From contig CAZNZF010000002.1 of NCBI GenBank assembly GCA_964577465.1, forward strand, positions 1,336 through 65,335: DNA of 64,000 nt, in the 5' to 3' direction. A model generated the notes under the pieces. It was not told the origin of the DNA and searched no databases. It worked only from the letters and a program-made list of their open reading frames with translations. A program made the position numbers and the translations under genes. Position 1 is the first letter of the stretch, and the number at the start of each line of letters is the position of its first letter. This document shows, one piece after another, positions 9,352-18,285 of this stretch. The stretch is from an uncultured bacterium (lineage in GTDB: Bacteria > RBG-13-66-14).

Positions 9352-10106
9352 TTCAGGGGTTCGCCGTCGGCGCCATCTGGCTCCGGGAGTTCAAGCGGTA
9401 CTTCCGGGACGTCCCGCGGGTGGCCGCCTCCGTCGCCCGACCCGTCGTCTGGCTGTTCATCCTGGGCATCGGCATCTCGCCGAACTTTTCCCATGTGTCC
9501 GGCCTGAACTACATCGAGTACATCTTCCCCGGCATGGTGGTGATGACCATCCTTTTTACCTCGACGGTTTCGGCGATTTCCATCATTTGGGACCGGGACT
9601 TCGGCCTGTTGAAGGAGATGCTCTCCGCGCCCATCAGCCGCAGCTCCATCGTCGTCGGGAAGGTGCTCGGCGGCGCCACCATCTGCACCGCCCAGGGTTT
9701 CATCGCCATCCTGCTGGTCTTCCTGACCCACGTGCAGCTCCTGTGGTACAACATCGCCTGGATTCTCTTGGCCAGCTTCATCGTGGGGTTCATGCTCGCC
9801 GGCCTGGGGGTCATCATCGCCAGCCTGGTGAAGACCTACGAGGGCTTCAGCTCGGTGATGAACTTTCTCATCATGCCGATGTTCCTGGCCTCGGGCGCCG
9901 TGTTCCCCCTGGACAACCTTCCCCACTGGGCCTACCTCATCGCCCGGGCCAACCCCATCGCCTACGCCGTGGACCTCTTCCGCGGCCTGATGCTGCGGCA
10001 CTACGAGTTCACCTTCCTCATCGACCTCACCGTGCTCCTGGGGCTCACCGTCATCATCACCGCCCTGGCCGTCTACCGTTTCCGGCGCATGGCCACCCGC
10101 TGGTAG
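9348..10106 (+). CDS. ABC-2 family transporter permease
   Basis: Six hydrophobic segments. ATGA overlap with the ATPase gene. Starts MIQGFAVGAIW. Confidence 0.8.
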   Translation: MIQGFAVGAIWLREFKRYFRDVPRVAASVARPVVWLFILGIGISPNFSHVSGLNYIEYIFPGMVVMTILFTSTVSAISIIWDRDFGLLKEMLSAPISRSSIVVGKVLGGATICTAQGFIAILLVFLTHVQLLWYNIAWILLASFIVGFMLAGLGVIIASLVKTYEGFSSVMNFLIMPMFLASGAVFPLDNLPHWAYLIARANPIAYAVDLFRGLMLRHYEFTFLIDLTVLLGLTVIITALAVYRFRRMATRW

Positions 10107-10358
10107 GTCGGCGGGTCGCCGAGGGGCGTCCTCAAGGCGGTTCCCCCTCGACCGGGCGGGCCGGGCGGCTCGGCTCTTTTAAAAAAAACACACAACCGTT
10201 TAAAACTGGTGTAACATCCTCGACGTAGGAAAGCCCCGTTCAAGGCGCCGAGCGAGAGCCCTCGAACGCGGAGCGCCGGGTACTCGCTGGGGCGAAAACC
10301 TCGACCGGTCTTTTTAAGGCGGGATTTTTAAGCCATCTACCAGAAAGGAAGGAAGAAG

Positions 10359-10655
10359 ATGAAAGACCTCCAGTTTGTCTTCAACCGTCCGGAAAAGAGC
10401 TCGCGCGGGCTTCTGATTCTGCGTCTGTTCTTCGCCTGGATCTATGTGGGCATCCCCCACGGGCTGGCCCTGATGTTCCGCGGCATTGCCGCCGGATGCG
10501 TCTTGTTCGTCGCCTGGTGGGCGGTGCTTTTCACGGGTGCCTGGCCGGAGAAGATGTTCAGCTTCGTCTCAGGGACCTATCGCTGGTCCATGCGCGTTAT
10601 GGCTTATATGGCCTTCCTCACCGACGAGTACCCGCCGTTCACCGGGAAAGAATAG
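10359..10655 (+). CDS. Small membrane protein (DUF4389-like)
   Basis: 98 aa with two hydrophobic helices. Purine-rich AGGAAGGAAGAAG stretch upstream of the ATG. Confidence 0.45.
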   Translation: MKDLQFVFNRPEKSSRGLLILRLFFAWIYVGIPHGLALMFRGIAAGCVLFVAWWAVLFTGAWPEKMFSFVSGTYRWSMRVMAYMAFLTDEYPPFTGKE

Positions 10656-10972
10656 GGTTCGCCGACAGCCACCGGAGTTGCGCCTTTTTTGCCGTTGCAC
10701 CGGGCACGGGCGGATGGCCCGGCCGCTCTCCCCGAGGCGGCTGTGGGGTGTAGAGGTACGCTGGGTGGTGTGCCCGGTCACGGCATGAAACGAGGGGCTT
10801 CGGCCCCTAGCTTTTTACCGTCCCCCGTCACCAGGAAAGCGAAGGGGCACTCCTCGGAGAACGGCCGCATCCAGTCGGGTCTTCGGGAGGTGCCCTCGCC
10901 GCTTTTTTGCGATGGGGGATGGGCTTTTTTGGTCACGATTGCCGCCCGCCGTGGTGCGGCCTCACGGACCAT

Positions 10973-11004
10973 AAAAAAGGCACCCCTCGGGTGCCTCGTT
11001 TTTA
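10973..11004. terminator. Bidirectional rho-independent terminator
   Basis: A6-GGCACCCCTCGGGTGCC-TCGTTTTT: a perfect hairpin flanked by an A-run and a T-run. Lies just downstream of the HU gene on the minus strand. Confidence 0.6.
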
Positions 11005-11014
11005 TTGGGTGTTG

Positions 11015-11299
11015 CTAGCCGGACAGGTCCAGGGACAGCGCTTTCATCCGCTTGCCGGGGACGAATTTTATCCTCTTGCGGGCGGGGACGATGACCTCCT
11101 GGTTGGTGCGCGGGTTGCGGGCGAGCTTCTGCTTGGCCTTGCGGACGCTGAAGACGCCGAAGTCCCGGATTTCGATCCGCTCGCCCCGGGAGAGGGTCTG
11201 ACGCATCTCCTCGATGAGGGCGTCGAGAACCTGAGCCGCGACCTTCTGGGTCACGTTCAGCTTCTTGGCCACGGTAATGGCAATCTCACGCTTCGTCAT
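11015..11299 (-). CDS. HU/IHF family DNA-binding protein
   Basis: MTKREIAITVAKK...GERIEIRDFGVFSVRKAK...PRTNQEVIVPARKRIKF matches the HU/IHF beta-arm pattern. Confidence 0.8.
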   Translation of the reverse strand: MTKREIAITVAKKLNVTQKVAAQVLDALIEEMRQTLSRGERIEIRDFGVFSVRKAKQKLARNPRTNQEVIVPARKRIKFVPGKRMKALSLDLSG

Positions 11300-11450
11300 C
11301 CTGACCTCCCCTCCCCGCCTCGGAAAGTGAGTTGGTCGGTGCAGGAACACCGCCCACCCCTCTTCCCTCCCCGGCAAGGGAAGTGGGACTCCTATTTAAA
11401 TGACAGACTGCCTTTTAAGAATACCACCCAGTTATGTGATGGTCAAGGGG

Positions 11451-12059
11451 TCAGTCGGCGATGGCATCCGGGCATGTGAGCCCGTCTTCCGTCAGTTCGT
11501 AGCGGAGGCCGCAGGCGGCGCAGGTCTCGGTGAGAATTTTCCCCGAGCGCGTCGGCAGGCCGAGCCTCCGGCCGCAGGCGCAGACCCACCCGACGAGCCG
11601 CGCCGGCACCCCGGTGACCAGGCCGAAGTCCGGGACGTCCCGGGTGACCACGGCCCCGGCACCGACCATGCAGTGCTCGCCCAGGACGACGCCGCAGATG
11701 ACGGTGGCGTTGGCCCCGATGGTGGAGCCCCGCCGGCAGAGGGTGGGGACCCAGTCTGCCGAGCCGCTCTTGGGGAAGAGGGAGCGCGGGGTGAGGTCGT
11801 TGGTGAAGACGCAGCTCGGGCCGCAGAATACGCCCTCTTCTAAAGTTACGCGGGTGTACACGCTGACGTTGTTCTGCAGCTTGCAGCGGTCGCCGATGAC
11901 CACGTCACCGCCGACGTAGCAGTTCTGGCCGAGGACGCAGTTTTTGCCGATGCGCGCTCCCGACGAGACGTGGCAGAAATGCCAGATTTTGGTGCCCGCG
12001 CCGATTTCGACGCCAGGGTCGACGACGCTGGTGGGGTGGACGTAGAAGTTATCCGTCAC
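11451..12059 (-). CDS. Hexapeptide-repeat (left-handed beta-helix) sugar N-acetyltransferase, WbpD/WlbB-like, with Cys-rich C-terminal extension
   Basis: Repeated [LIV]GxxxxIG hexapeptides (IGAGTKIWHFCHV, IGKNCVLGQNCYVGGDVVIGDRCKL). C-terminal CACG...CAAC pairs suggest a zinc ribbon. Confidence 0.75.
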   Translation of the reverse strand: MTDNFYVHPTSVVDPGVEIGAGTKIWHFCHVSSGARIGKNCVLGQNCYVGGDVVIGDRCKLQNNVSVYTRVTLEEGVFCGPSCVFTNDLTPRSLFPKSGSADWVPTLCRRGSTIGANATVICGVVLGEHCMVGAGAVVTRDVPDFGLVTGVPARLVGWVCACGRRLGLPTRSGKILTETCAACGLRYELTEDGLTCPDAIAD

Positions 12060-12090
12060 CGGCTCACCTCGTTTTCACGGTTCTGGACCG

Positions 12091-13080
12091 TCATTGCACC
12101 TTCACGGGCGCCCCGCCGCGGGCCAGGCTCTCGTCGGCGGCGGCCAGTACCTTGAGCACCGCCAGGCCCTCGCGTCCGTCCGACAGCGGTTTTTCCTCCC
12201 CCCGGCAGCAGGCGACGAAGTGGGTCAGCTCCCGGGCCAGCGGCTCGCCGGGGACCGTTTCCAGCTTCTCGACCGGACCGGTGTGGTGGTCAGTCGAACC
12301 GTCGGGTAAGGGCTCCGCCCGATTCGGAAAAAATTCCAGACGCCCCTCGGCGTCCTCCCACAGGAGCATCCCCCGGTCGCCCACCACGGTGAGCCCCCGC
12401 TTCTTCTGCGGGTCGAGCCAGCTCACGTGCGTCAGGGCCAGCCGTCCCGAGGGGAATTCCAGTTCCAGCATGGCGTAGTCGGTTATCTCCGGCCGGATGT
12501 CCGCCCGCCCGGAGCAGGATACCCGGACGGGCCACTCCCCGAAAATCAGCGCGAGGTTGACGATGTCGTGGGGGGCGATGCTCCAAACGACGTTCTCGGC
12601 GGAGCGGACGCGGCCGAAGTTGGTGCGCCGCGCGTGCGCGGTGAGGACCTTTCCGATTTTCCCCTCGCCGACGGCCCGGAGAATCGCGGCCAGCGCCGGG
12701 TGGTAACGCAGGACATGCCCGACGCACAGGACGACGCCGCGCTCCTCCGCCAGGCGGACCAGTTCCGCACCCTGGGCGACGTTCAGGGCCAGCGGCTTTT
12801 CCACGAAGACGTTGAGGCTTCGCTTCAGGGCCTCGCGGGCGAGGGGGTGGTGCAACTCCGCCGGGGCGGCGATGACGACACCGTCGGGCTCCCCGTCGAG
12901 GAGGCCGGTGAAGGAATCGGCTTGGACGGCCCGGGGCGCCAGCTCGCGGGCCCGGGTCCGGCCCTCCTCCGAGGGGTCGAAAATCCGCTCCACCGAGCAG
13001 CCCTCGAGGGCGACCAGGTTTTTCAGGACGTTTCCCCCCCACCGGCCCACGCCTGCCATAACGAGCCGAACATCACCCAC
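12091..13080 (-). CDS. Gfo/Idh/MocA family NAD(P)-dependent oxidoreductase (WbpB/WlbA-like UDP-sugar dehydrogenase)
   Basis: N-terminal Rossmann fold VMAGVGRWGGN. EKP motif VFVEKPLALN. Typical length (329 aa). Confidence 0.8.
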   Translation of the reverse strand: MGDVRLVMAGVGRWGGNVLKNLVALEGCSVERIFDPSEEGRTRARELAPRAVQADSFTGLLDGEPDGVVIAAPAELHHPLAREALKRSLNVFVEKPLALNVAQGAELVRLAEERGVVLCVGHVLRYHPALAAILRAVGEGKIGKVLTAHARRTNFGRVRSAENVVWSIAPHDIVNLALIFGEWPVRVSCSGRADIRPEITDYAMLELEFPSGRLALTHVSWLDPQKKRGLTVVGDRGMLLWEDAEGRLEFFPNRAEPLPDGSTDHHTGPVEKLETVPGEPLARELTHFVACCRGEEKPLSDGREGLAVLKVLAAADESLARGGAPVKVQ

Positions 13081-13169
13081 GGCGCCTCCTGTGTCGCCAC
13101 ATCGTACCAGAGCGCGTCGGCGTAGGCAAGCCGGAGTTTTTCACTCGATTCGCAGTCCGATTTTCCGGT

Positions 13170-13198
13170 TTGCAAAATCAACCGTAATGTGATATTAT
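13170..13198 (+). promoter_or_regulatory. Sigma70-like promoter (TTGCAA-17-TATTAT)
   Basis: TTGCAA at 13170-13175, a 17-nt spacer, then TATTAT at 13193-13198. It sits ~280 nt upstream of the IMPDH-family gene. Confidence 0.45.
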
Positions 13199-13475
13199 CT
13201 CTCCACGGGAAGGGTGGCCCGTAAGGGCGTTTTTTATATGGCGGGGGGAAGTCCGGCGTTTTCAAGAGGATATATTTTTCTAGCCTCGTGAAAGAGCCGC
13301 AGGGACGCCCGGTCGTATAAAAAACTCTCCCGTACGAGGTGATAACCGAATTCAGCGCAGGGAATGACGTGGTTTACCGAATCGCCCGGCGGAGGAAGTG
13401 TCTTACGAGGTGGCCTTTGGGCCGCCTTGTTGTATTGGTGAGCCAGGATATTTTTACCGACTGAGGAGAGAGCCT

Positions 13476-14645
13476 ATGGGCAAGTATATCGGTATCGGCC
13501 GCAAGGCCCGGCAGTGCTTCGGTTTCGACGACGTGGCGCTGGTTCCGGGAAGTCTGACCATCAACCCCGATGACGTGGACATCTCCTGGGAGGTCGCCGG
13601 GAAGCGCTTCGTGGTCCCCATCGTCGCCTCGGCCATGGACGGCGTGGTGGACGTGAAATTCGCGGTGGAGTTCGGGCGGCTGGGCGGGTTCGCCGTTTTA
13701 AATCTCGAAGGCGTTCAGACCCGCTTCGCCGACCCCGGCGAGGTGCTGGACCGCATCGGTGCCGCGAAGCCCGACGAGAGCACCCACCTGCTCCAGAAGC
13801 TCTACGAGGAGCCCATCAAGAAGGAACTCGTCGGCCGGAGGGTGGAGGAAATCAAGGCCGGAGGAGCGCCCGCCGTGGTGAGCGCCATCCCCCAGCGCGC
13901 CGCCGAGTTCGGGCCGCTGGCCGCCGAGGCCGGCTGCGACATCTTCGTCGTCCAGTCCACCGTCGCCACCGTCGAGCACGAATCGAAGAGCTACGAGTCG
14001 CTGGACTTCACAAAATTCATCGCCGACATGCACGGGCGAAAGATTCCCGTCATGGTCGGCAACACCACCACCTACGAGGTCACCTACGCCCTGATGAAGA
14101 CGGGCGCGGACGGCATATTCAGCGGTGTCGGACCGGGGGCGGCCTGCACCACCCGCGGCGTCCTGGGCATCGGCGTGCCGCAGATCACCACCACCGTAGA
14201 CTGCGCCTACGCCAGGGACCGCTTCTACAAGATGACCGGCCGCTACGTACCCGTCATCACCGACGGCGGGATGCGGGTCGGCGGGGACATCTGCAAGGCC
14301 TTCGCCGCCGGCGCCGACGCGGTGATGATAGGCTCGCCCTTCGCCAAGGCCTACGAGGCCCCGGGCCGCGGCTACCACTGGGGCATGGCCACGCCCCACG
14401 CCAACCTCCCGCGCGGCACGCGGGTCCAAGTGGGCCAGAACGCCTCCCTGGAGCGCATCCTCTTCGGTCCCGCCGAGCTGGACGACGGCAGCCAGAACCT
14501 GGTCGGGGCGCTGCGGACCAGCATGGGCAACGTGGGGGCGCACAACATCAAAGAGATGCAGAACACGGAAATCATCATCGCCCCCGCGATTCAGACCGAG
14601 GGCAAGCTGCTGCAGAAGGCGCAGAAAATCGGCATGGCCAAGTAG
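13476..14645 (+). CDS. IMP dehydrogenase/GMP reductase family protein (no CBS insert)
   Basis: Catalytic-loop motif GVGPGAACTTRGVLGIGVPQ, comparable to IMPDH GIGPGSICTTR. TIM-barrel length without a CBS subdomain. Confidence 0.8.
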   Translation: MGKYIGIGRKARQCFGFDDVALVPGSLTINPDDVDISWEVAGKRFVVPIVASAMDGVVDVKFAVEFGRLGGFAVLNLEGVQTRFADPGEVLDRIGAAKPDESTHLLQKLYEEPIKKELVGRRVEEIKAGGAPAVVSAIPQRAAEFGPLAAEAGCDIFVVQSTVATVEHESKSYESLDFTKFIADMHGRKIPVMVGNTTTYEVTYALMKTGADGIFSGVGPGAACTTRGVLGIGVPQITTTVDCAYARDRFYKMTGRYVPVITDGGMRVGGDICKAFAAGADAVMIGSPFAKAYEAPGRGYHWGMATPHANLPRGTRVQVGQNASLERILFGPAELDDGSQNLVGALRTSMGNVGAHNIKEMQNTEIIIAPAIQTEGKLLQKAQKIGMAK

Positions 14646-14715
14646 GCCGGGCTTTTTAGTAAAACCTGACGGGGGCGGTCCTCCGCGGGCCGCCTTCGCT
14701 TGGGTGGAGTCGAGA

Positions 14716-15432
14716 ATGCGTCAAATTACTTTACTATTGATATTGGTCGCCGGGTGCGTGTCGGCCGAATTGTGCGACACCGAGCCGGAGCTTCGGGAGG
14801 TTGGCCGCGACCTGGCCGCGAAGGCCGCCGCATTCTACGCCGAGAAGTATTTTCCCGGTTCGAGCGTCGGCTCCGGCGAACCGGTGTACGACATCATAGA
14901 GGAGGGACAAATAGTCGGCTGGTATTTCATCATAGACACCAACGGGGAAGAGACAATATCATTTCGTGAGTACATCGAATTTGATGCACGATTGCACAAA
15001 GAGTATTTAACGCCCTTATTAACTAATCAGCCTTTCGAGGATCTTACTGCACTTACGAAGTACAACAACCAAATCGAAAACTATAAAGCAATATATATAT
15101 CTAATTATTTAGAACATTGTCCATTTTTACATTTAGAGATGGGCAGGGTAATTGCGATTTCGGGAACTCCATACTCAATTAAGCAGGTGTGTGAGCTATT
15201 TAACGCATACTTGGTAAATATTAACAGGTTATGCTCTTTACCGAATTCAGTAATATATGCAATTCAATTTGAAGACAATAATGGTAATTCATACTATTGC
15301 ATTAATTCGCTTGGGAAGCTTTATTATTCTTCAGACGAGATTGATGAAGTCATTACTTATTTAAAAGTATATCATTATGAATCTCGAATTCAGCCTTCAG
15401 GAACATGGCAAGATATACTTGATAGTTATTGA
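14716..15432 (+). CDS. Hypothetical lipoprotein with compositionally chimeric gene (GC-rich 5' third, AT-rich 3' two-thirds)
   Basis: Lipobox LVAGC after a signal peptide. Single uninterrupted ORF. Sharp drop in GC content from ~14950 to 15450. Confidence 0.5.
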   Translation: MRQITLLLILVAGCVSAELCDTEPELREVGRDLAAKAAAFYAEKYFPGSSVGSGEPVYDIIEEGQIVGWYFIIDTNGEETISFREYIEFDARLHKEYLTPLLTNQPFEDLTALTKYNNQIENYKAIYISNYLEHCPFLHLEMGRVIAISGTPYSIKQVCELFNAYLVNINRLCSLPNSVIYAIQFEDNNGNSYYCINSLGKLYYSSDEIDEVITYLKVYHYESRIQPSGTWQDILDSY

Positions 15433-15450
15433 GTATTCATTCTAGGTTAA

Positions 15451-16242
15451 GTGATGGACTCACGTGAAGTCGGGCGTTATTGGGATGAAAACGCGCCGGT
15501 GTGGACGCGGCTGGCGCGGATGGGCTGCGACGTCTTCCGCGACCAGTTCAACACGCCGGCCTTCCTTTCAATGCTCCCCGACGTTACGGGGCTCAACGGT
15601 TTGGATATCGGCTGCGGCGAGGGGGCCAACACGCGCCAGTTGGCCCGGCGCGGGGCGCGGATGACCGCCCTGGATGTCTCGGCGAACTTTATCAAGCTGG
15701 CGGTGGACTTCGTCGATGATGATACGCCGGGGATAACCTACCTCGTCGCCGACGGCTGCCGCCTGCCCTTCGCGCGGGAGAGCTTCGACTTCGTCACCGC
15801 TTTCATGAGCCTGATGGACATGCCGGACCAGGAGGGGGCCTTCGCCGAGGTCCGCCGGGTGCTGAAACCGGGCGGCTTCCTCCAGTTTTCCATCACCCAC
15901 CCCTGCACCGACACGCCGTACCGCAAATGGATTGAGGACGGGGACGGCCGCCACGTCGCGCTCTCCGTCGCCGACTACTTTCGTGAGCTCGATGGCGAAA
16001 TCTGCGAGTGGATGTTCTGCCACGCGCCGGAGGAGCTCCGGGAGACGCTGCCGAAGTTCAGGATTCCCGACTTCCACCGGACCTTGAGCTTCTACCTCAA
16101 CACCCTGGCGGAGGCCGGTTTCGTCCTGGAGCGGGCCTGCGAGCCGAAAGCCTCCGAGGAGACGGCCGAGAGGTTTCCCTTGCTGGCGGATTCGTGCCTC
16201 GTGCCGCTTTTTCTAATCATCCGGGCCCGGTGGCCCAAGTAA
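15451..16242 (+). CDS. Class I SAM-dependent methyltransferase
   Basis: Motif I LDIGCGEGANT. Post-I acidic residue. Motif II/III region VLKPGGFLQF. Confidence 0.8.
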   Translation: MMDSREVGRYWDENAPVWTRLARMGCDVFRDQFNTPAFLSMLPDVTGLNGLDIGCGEGANTRQLARRGARMTALDVSANFIKLAVDFVDDDTPGITYLVADGCRLPFARESFDFVTAFMSLMDMPDQEGAFAEVRRVLKPGGFLQFSITHPCTDTPYRKWIEDGDGRHVALSVADYFRELDGEICEWMFCHAPEELRETLPKFRIPDFHRTLSFYLNTLAEAGFVLERACEPKASEETAERFPLLADSCLVPLFLIIRARWPK

Positions 16243-16253
16243 GGAGAGGTTTC

Positions 16254-17678
16254 GTGAAGATACTCCTGGCCGCGAGCGAAGTGGTCCCCTACGCCAAGAC
16301 CGGCGGCCTGGCCGACGTGGCCGGCGCCCTGCCCCGTGAGTTTGCAGAATTGGGGCACGACGTGCGCCTCGTCATGCCGCGTTACGCCAAAATTGCTCAG
16401 GATTTGAAAACCGTAATGACCGGCCTGGGCGTCGAGCTCGGCGGGGAGCGCGTGGCCTTCGATTTGTTGAGAGATAAAAGCCAGGGCTACGAGGCGTGGT
16501 TCATCGACTGCCCGCGATTCTTCGACCGGCCGGGGCTCTACGGCGAGGACGGGGCGGATTTTTCCGACAACGCAGCCCGTTTCGCCTTTTTCGCCAAGGC
16601 CCTTTTAGCCGCGACCGAGGCGGCCTGCTTCACCCCCGACGTCATCCACTGCCACGACTGGCAGACGGCGCTGGTCCCCCTGCTGCTGAAGAAGGGCGGC
16701 TATTCCTTTTCTCCCGGCACCCTCTTCACCATCCACAACCTGGCCTACATGGGCAACTTCCCCCCCGGCGAGGCGCTGCCCCTCATCGGCCTGGGCGACG
16801 GGGTGTTCGCCGCCGAGGGCGGCCTGGAGTATTACGGCAAGGTGAACTACCTCAAGGCCGGCCTGGTCTTCGCCGACGTTCTGACCACGGTGAGCGAGAC
16901 CTACGCCCGGGAGATTCAGACGCCGGAGTTCGGCTACGGGCTGGAGGGGGTGCTGCGGTCCCGCTCCGCCGACCTCTTCGGCGTCCTGAACGGCATCGAC
17001 TACGAGCTCTGGAATCCCGCCTCGGACGCCGACCTCGCCGTCAACTATTCGGCCGAAGACCCCCGGGGCAAGGCGCTGTGCAAGGCCGACCTCCAGCGGG
17101 AGTACGGTCTGCCCGACCGGGCGGACGTCCCGCTCTTCGGCATGGTCACCCGCCTGGCCGACCAGAAGGGGCTGGACCTCTTCGAGAAGGTGGCCGACGA
17201 GTTTTTCGACCGGGACTTGCAGTTCGTCCTTCTGGGGACCGGCGAGCCCAAGTACCACGCGCTCTTCGGTGAGCTGGCCGCGCGGTATCCGCAGAGGTGC
17301 GGCGTGCGGCTGGCCTACGACGCGGCCCTGGCCCAGCGCATCTACGCCGGGGCGGACCTGTTCCTTATGCCGAGCCGGTACGAGCCCTGCGGGCTGGGCC
17401 AGCTCATCGCCCTGGCCTACGGGACGGTGCCGCTGGTCCGCGCCACGGGGGGGCTGGCCGACACCATCCGGGAGGGGGAGAACGGTTTCGCCTTCACGGA
17501 CTACGTTCCGTCGGGCCTGTTCGACTCGGTAAAGCGCGCCCTGAAAGCGTTTTCCGATGGGGATACCTGGACTGGATTGGTCAAACGAGCCTTCGCCTCC
17601 CGATACCCCTGGTCCCGTTCGGCGGAGAGGTACGTCGAGTTGTTCGGTAAAACCTTGACAAAGAGGCTCCGGGACTAG
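16254..17678 (+). CDS. glgA: Glycogen synthase (ADP-glucose type)
   Basis: GTG start preceded by AAGGAGAG RBS. KTGGLADV motif. ~475 aa GT5 fold. Confidence 0.9.
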   Translation: MKILLAASEVVPYAKTGGLADVAGALPREFAELGHDVRLVMPRYAKIAQDLKTVMTGLGVELGGERVAFDLLRDKSQGYEAWFIDCPRFFDRPGLYGEDGADFSDNAARFAFFAKALLAATEAACFTPDVIHCHDWQTALVPLLLKKGGYSFSPGTLFTIHNLAYMGNFPPGEALPLIGLGDGVFAAEGGLEYYGKVNYLKAGLVFADVLTTVSETYAREIQTPEFGYGLEGVLRSRSADLFGVLNGIDYELWNPASDADLAVNYSAEDPRGKALCKADLQREYGLPDRADVPLFGMVTRLADQKGLDLFEKVADEFFDRDLQFVLLGTGEPKYHALFGELAARYPQRCGVRLAYDAALAQRIYAGADLFLMPSRYEPCGLGQLIALAYGTVPLVRATGGLADTIREGENGFAFTDYVPSGLFDSVKRALKAFSDGDTWTGLVKRAFASRYPWSRSAERYVELFGKTLTKRLRD

Positions 17679-17751
17679 TCCCCGCTGGACTTGACCCCGG
17701 CGTTGTGTTACTATGCGCGCGGCGGCGTGAACGTCGCCCGCTTCGACCCGG

Positions 17752-18273
17752 GTGGTCGGAATGAGCCGGGCCGCCGAAATCCACGACGCCGTCGTCGGGT
17801 TGGTACAGCCGCTGCTGGTCCTCGAAGGACTCATTCTGGTCGAGTGCACGGTCGCGCTCAGCCGGGGGTCCCTGAAGCTGGACCTGGCGGTGGACCGCGA
17901 CGAGGCGCCGGCGGATGGCGTGCACGGACTGAACGTGGGCGAGTACGCCCGCCTGACGCGCTACCTCTCGACCGTGCTCGAGGCCGAGATGCCCGGGCTG
18001 GGCGAGTTTCAGTTGACCGTGGGTTCCCCCGGCATCGTCCGAAGGCTCCAGAGCGAGCTGGAGCTGGCCTGGGGCGTCGGGAAAGAGGTCGAGGTGCGCT
18101 TCCGGCGCGGCGGGGACAGCCTCGTCGGACGATTGAGCGCCTTCGATACCGGGAGTGTCACCCTGGAGATTCCGGGGGAAGGCCCCCGGCGGGTCGAACG
18201 GGAAGATATAGCCTCGCTGCGGTTGCACTTCACCTTCCCCGAGCCTTCGGGGAAGAGGTCCAGGAAACGGTAG
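17752..18273 (+). CDS. rimP: Ribosome maturation factor RimP
   Basis: Position immediately upstream of nusA. Length and pattern (LVLEGLILVECT...) match RimP. Confidence 0.8.
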   Translation: MVGMSRAAEIHDAVVGLVQPLLVLEGLILVECTVALSRGSLKLDLAVDRDEAPADGVHGLNVGEYARLTRYLSTVLEAEMPGLGEFQLTVGSPGIVRRLQSELELAWGVGKEVEVRFRRGGDSLVGRLSAFDTGSVTLEIPGEGPRRVEREDIASLRLHFTFPEPSGKRSRKR

Positions 18274-18285
18274 GCCCCGTCGAGA

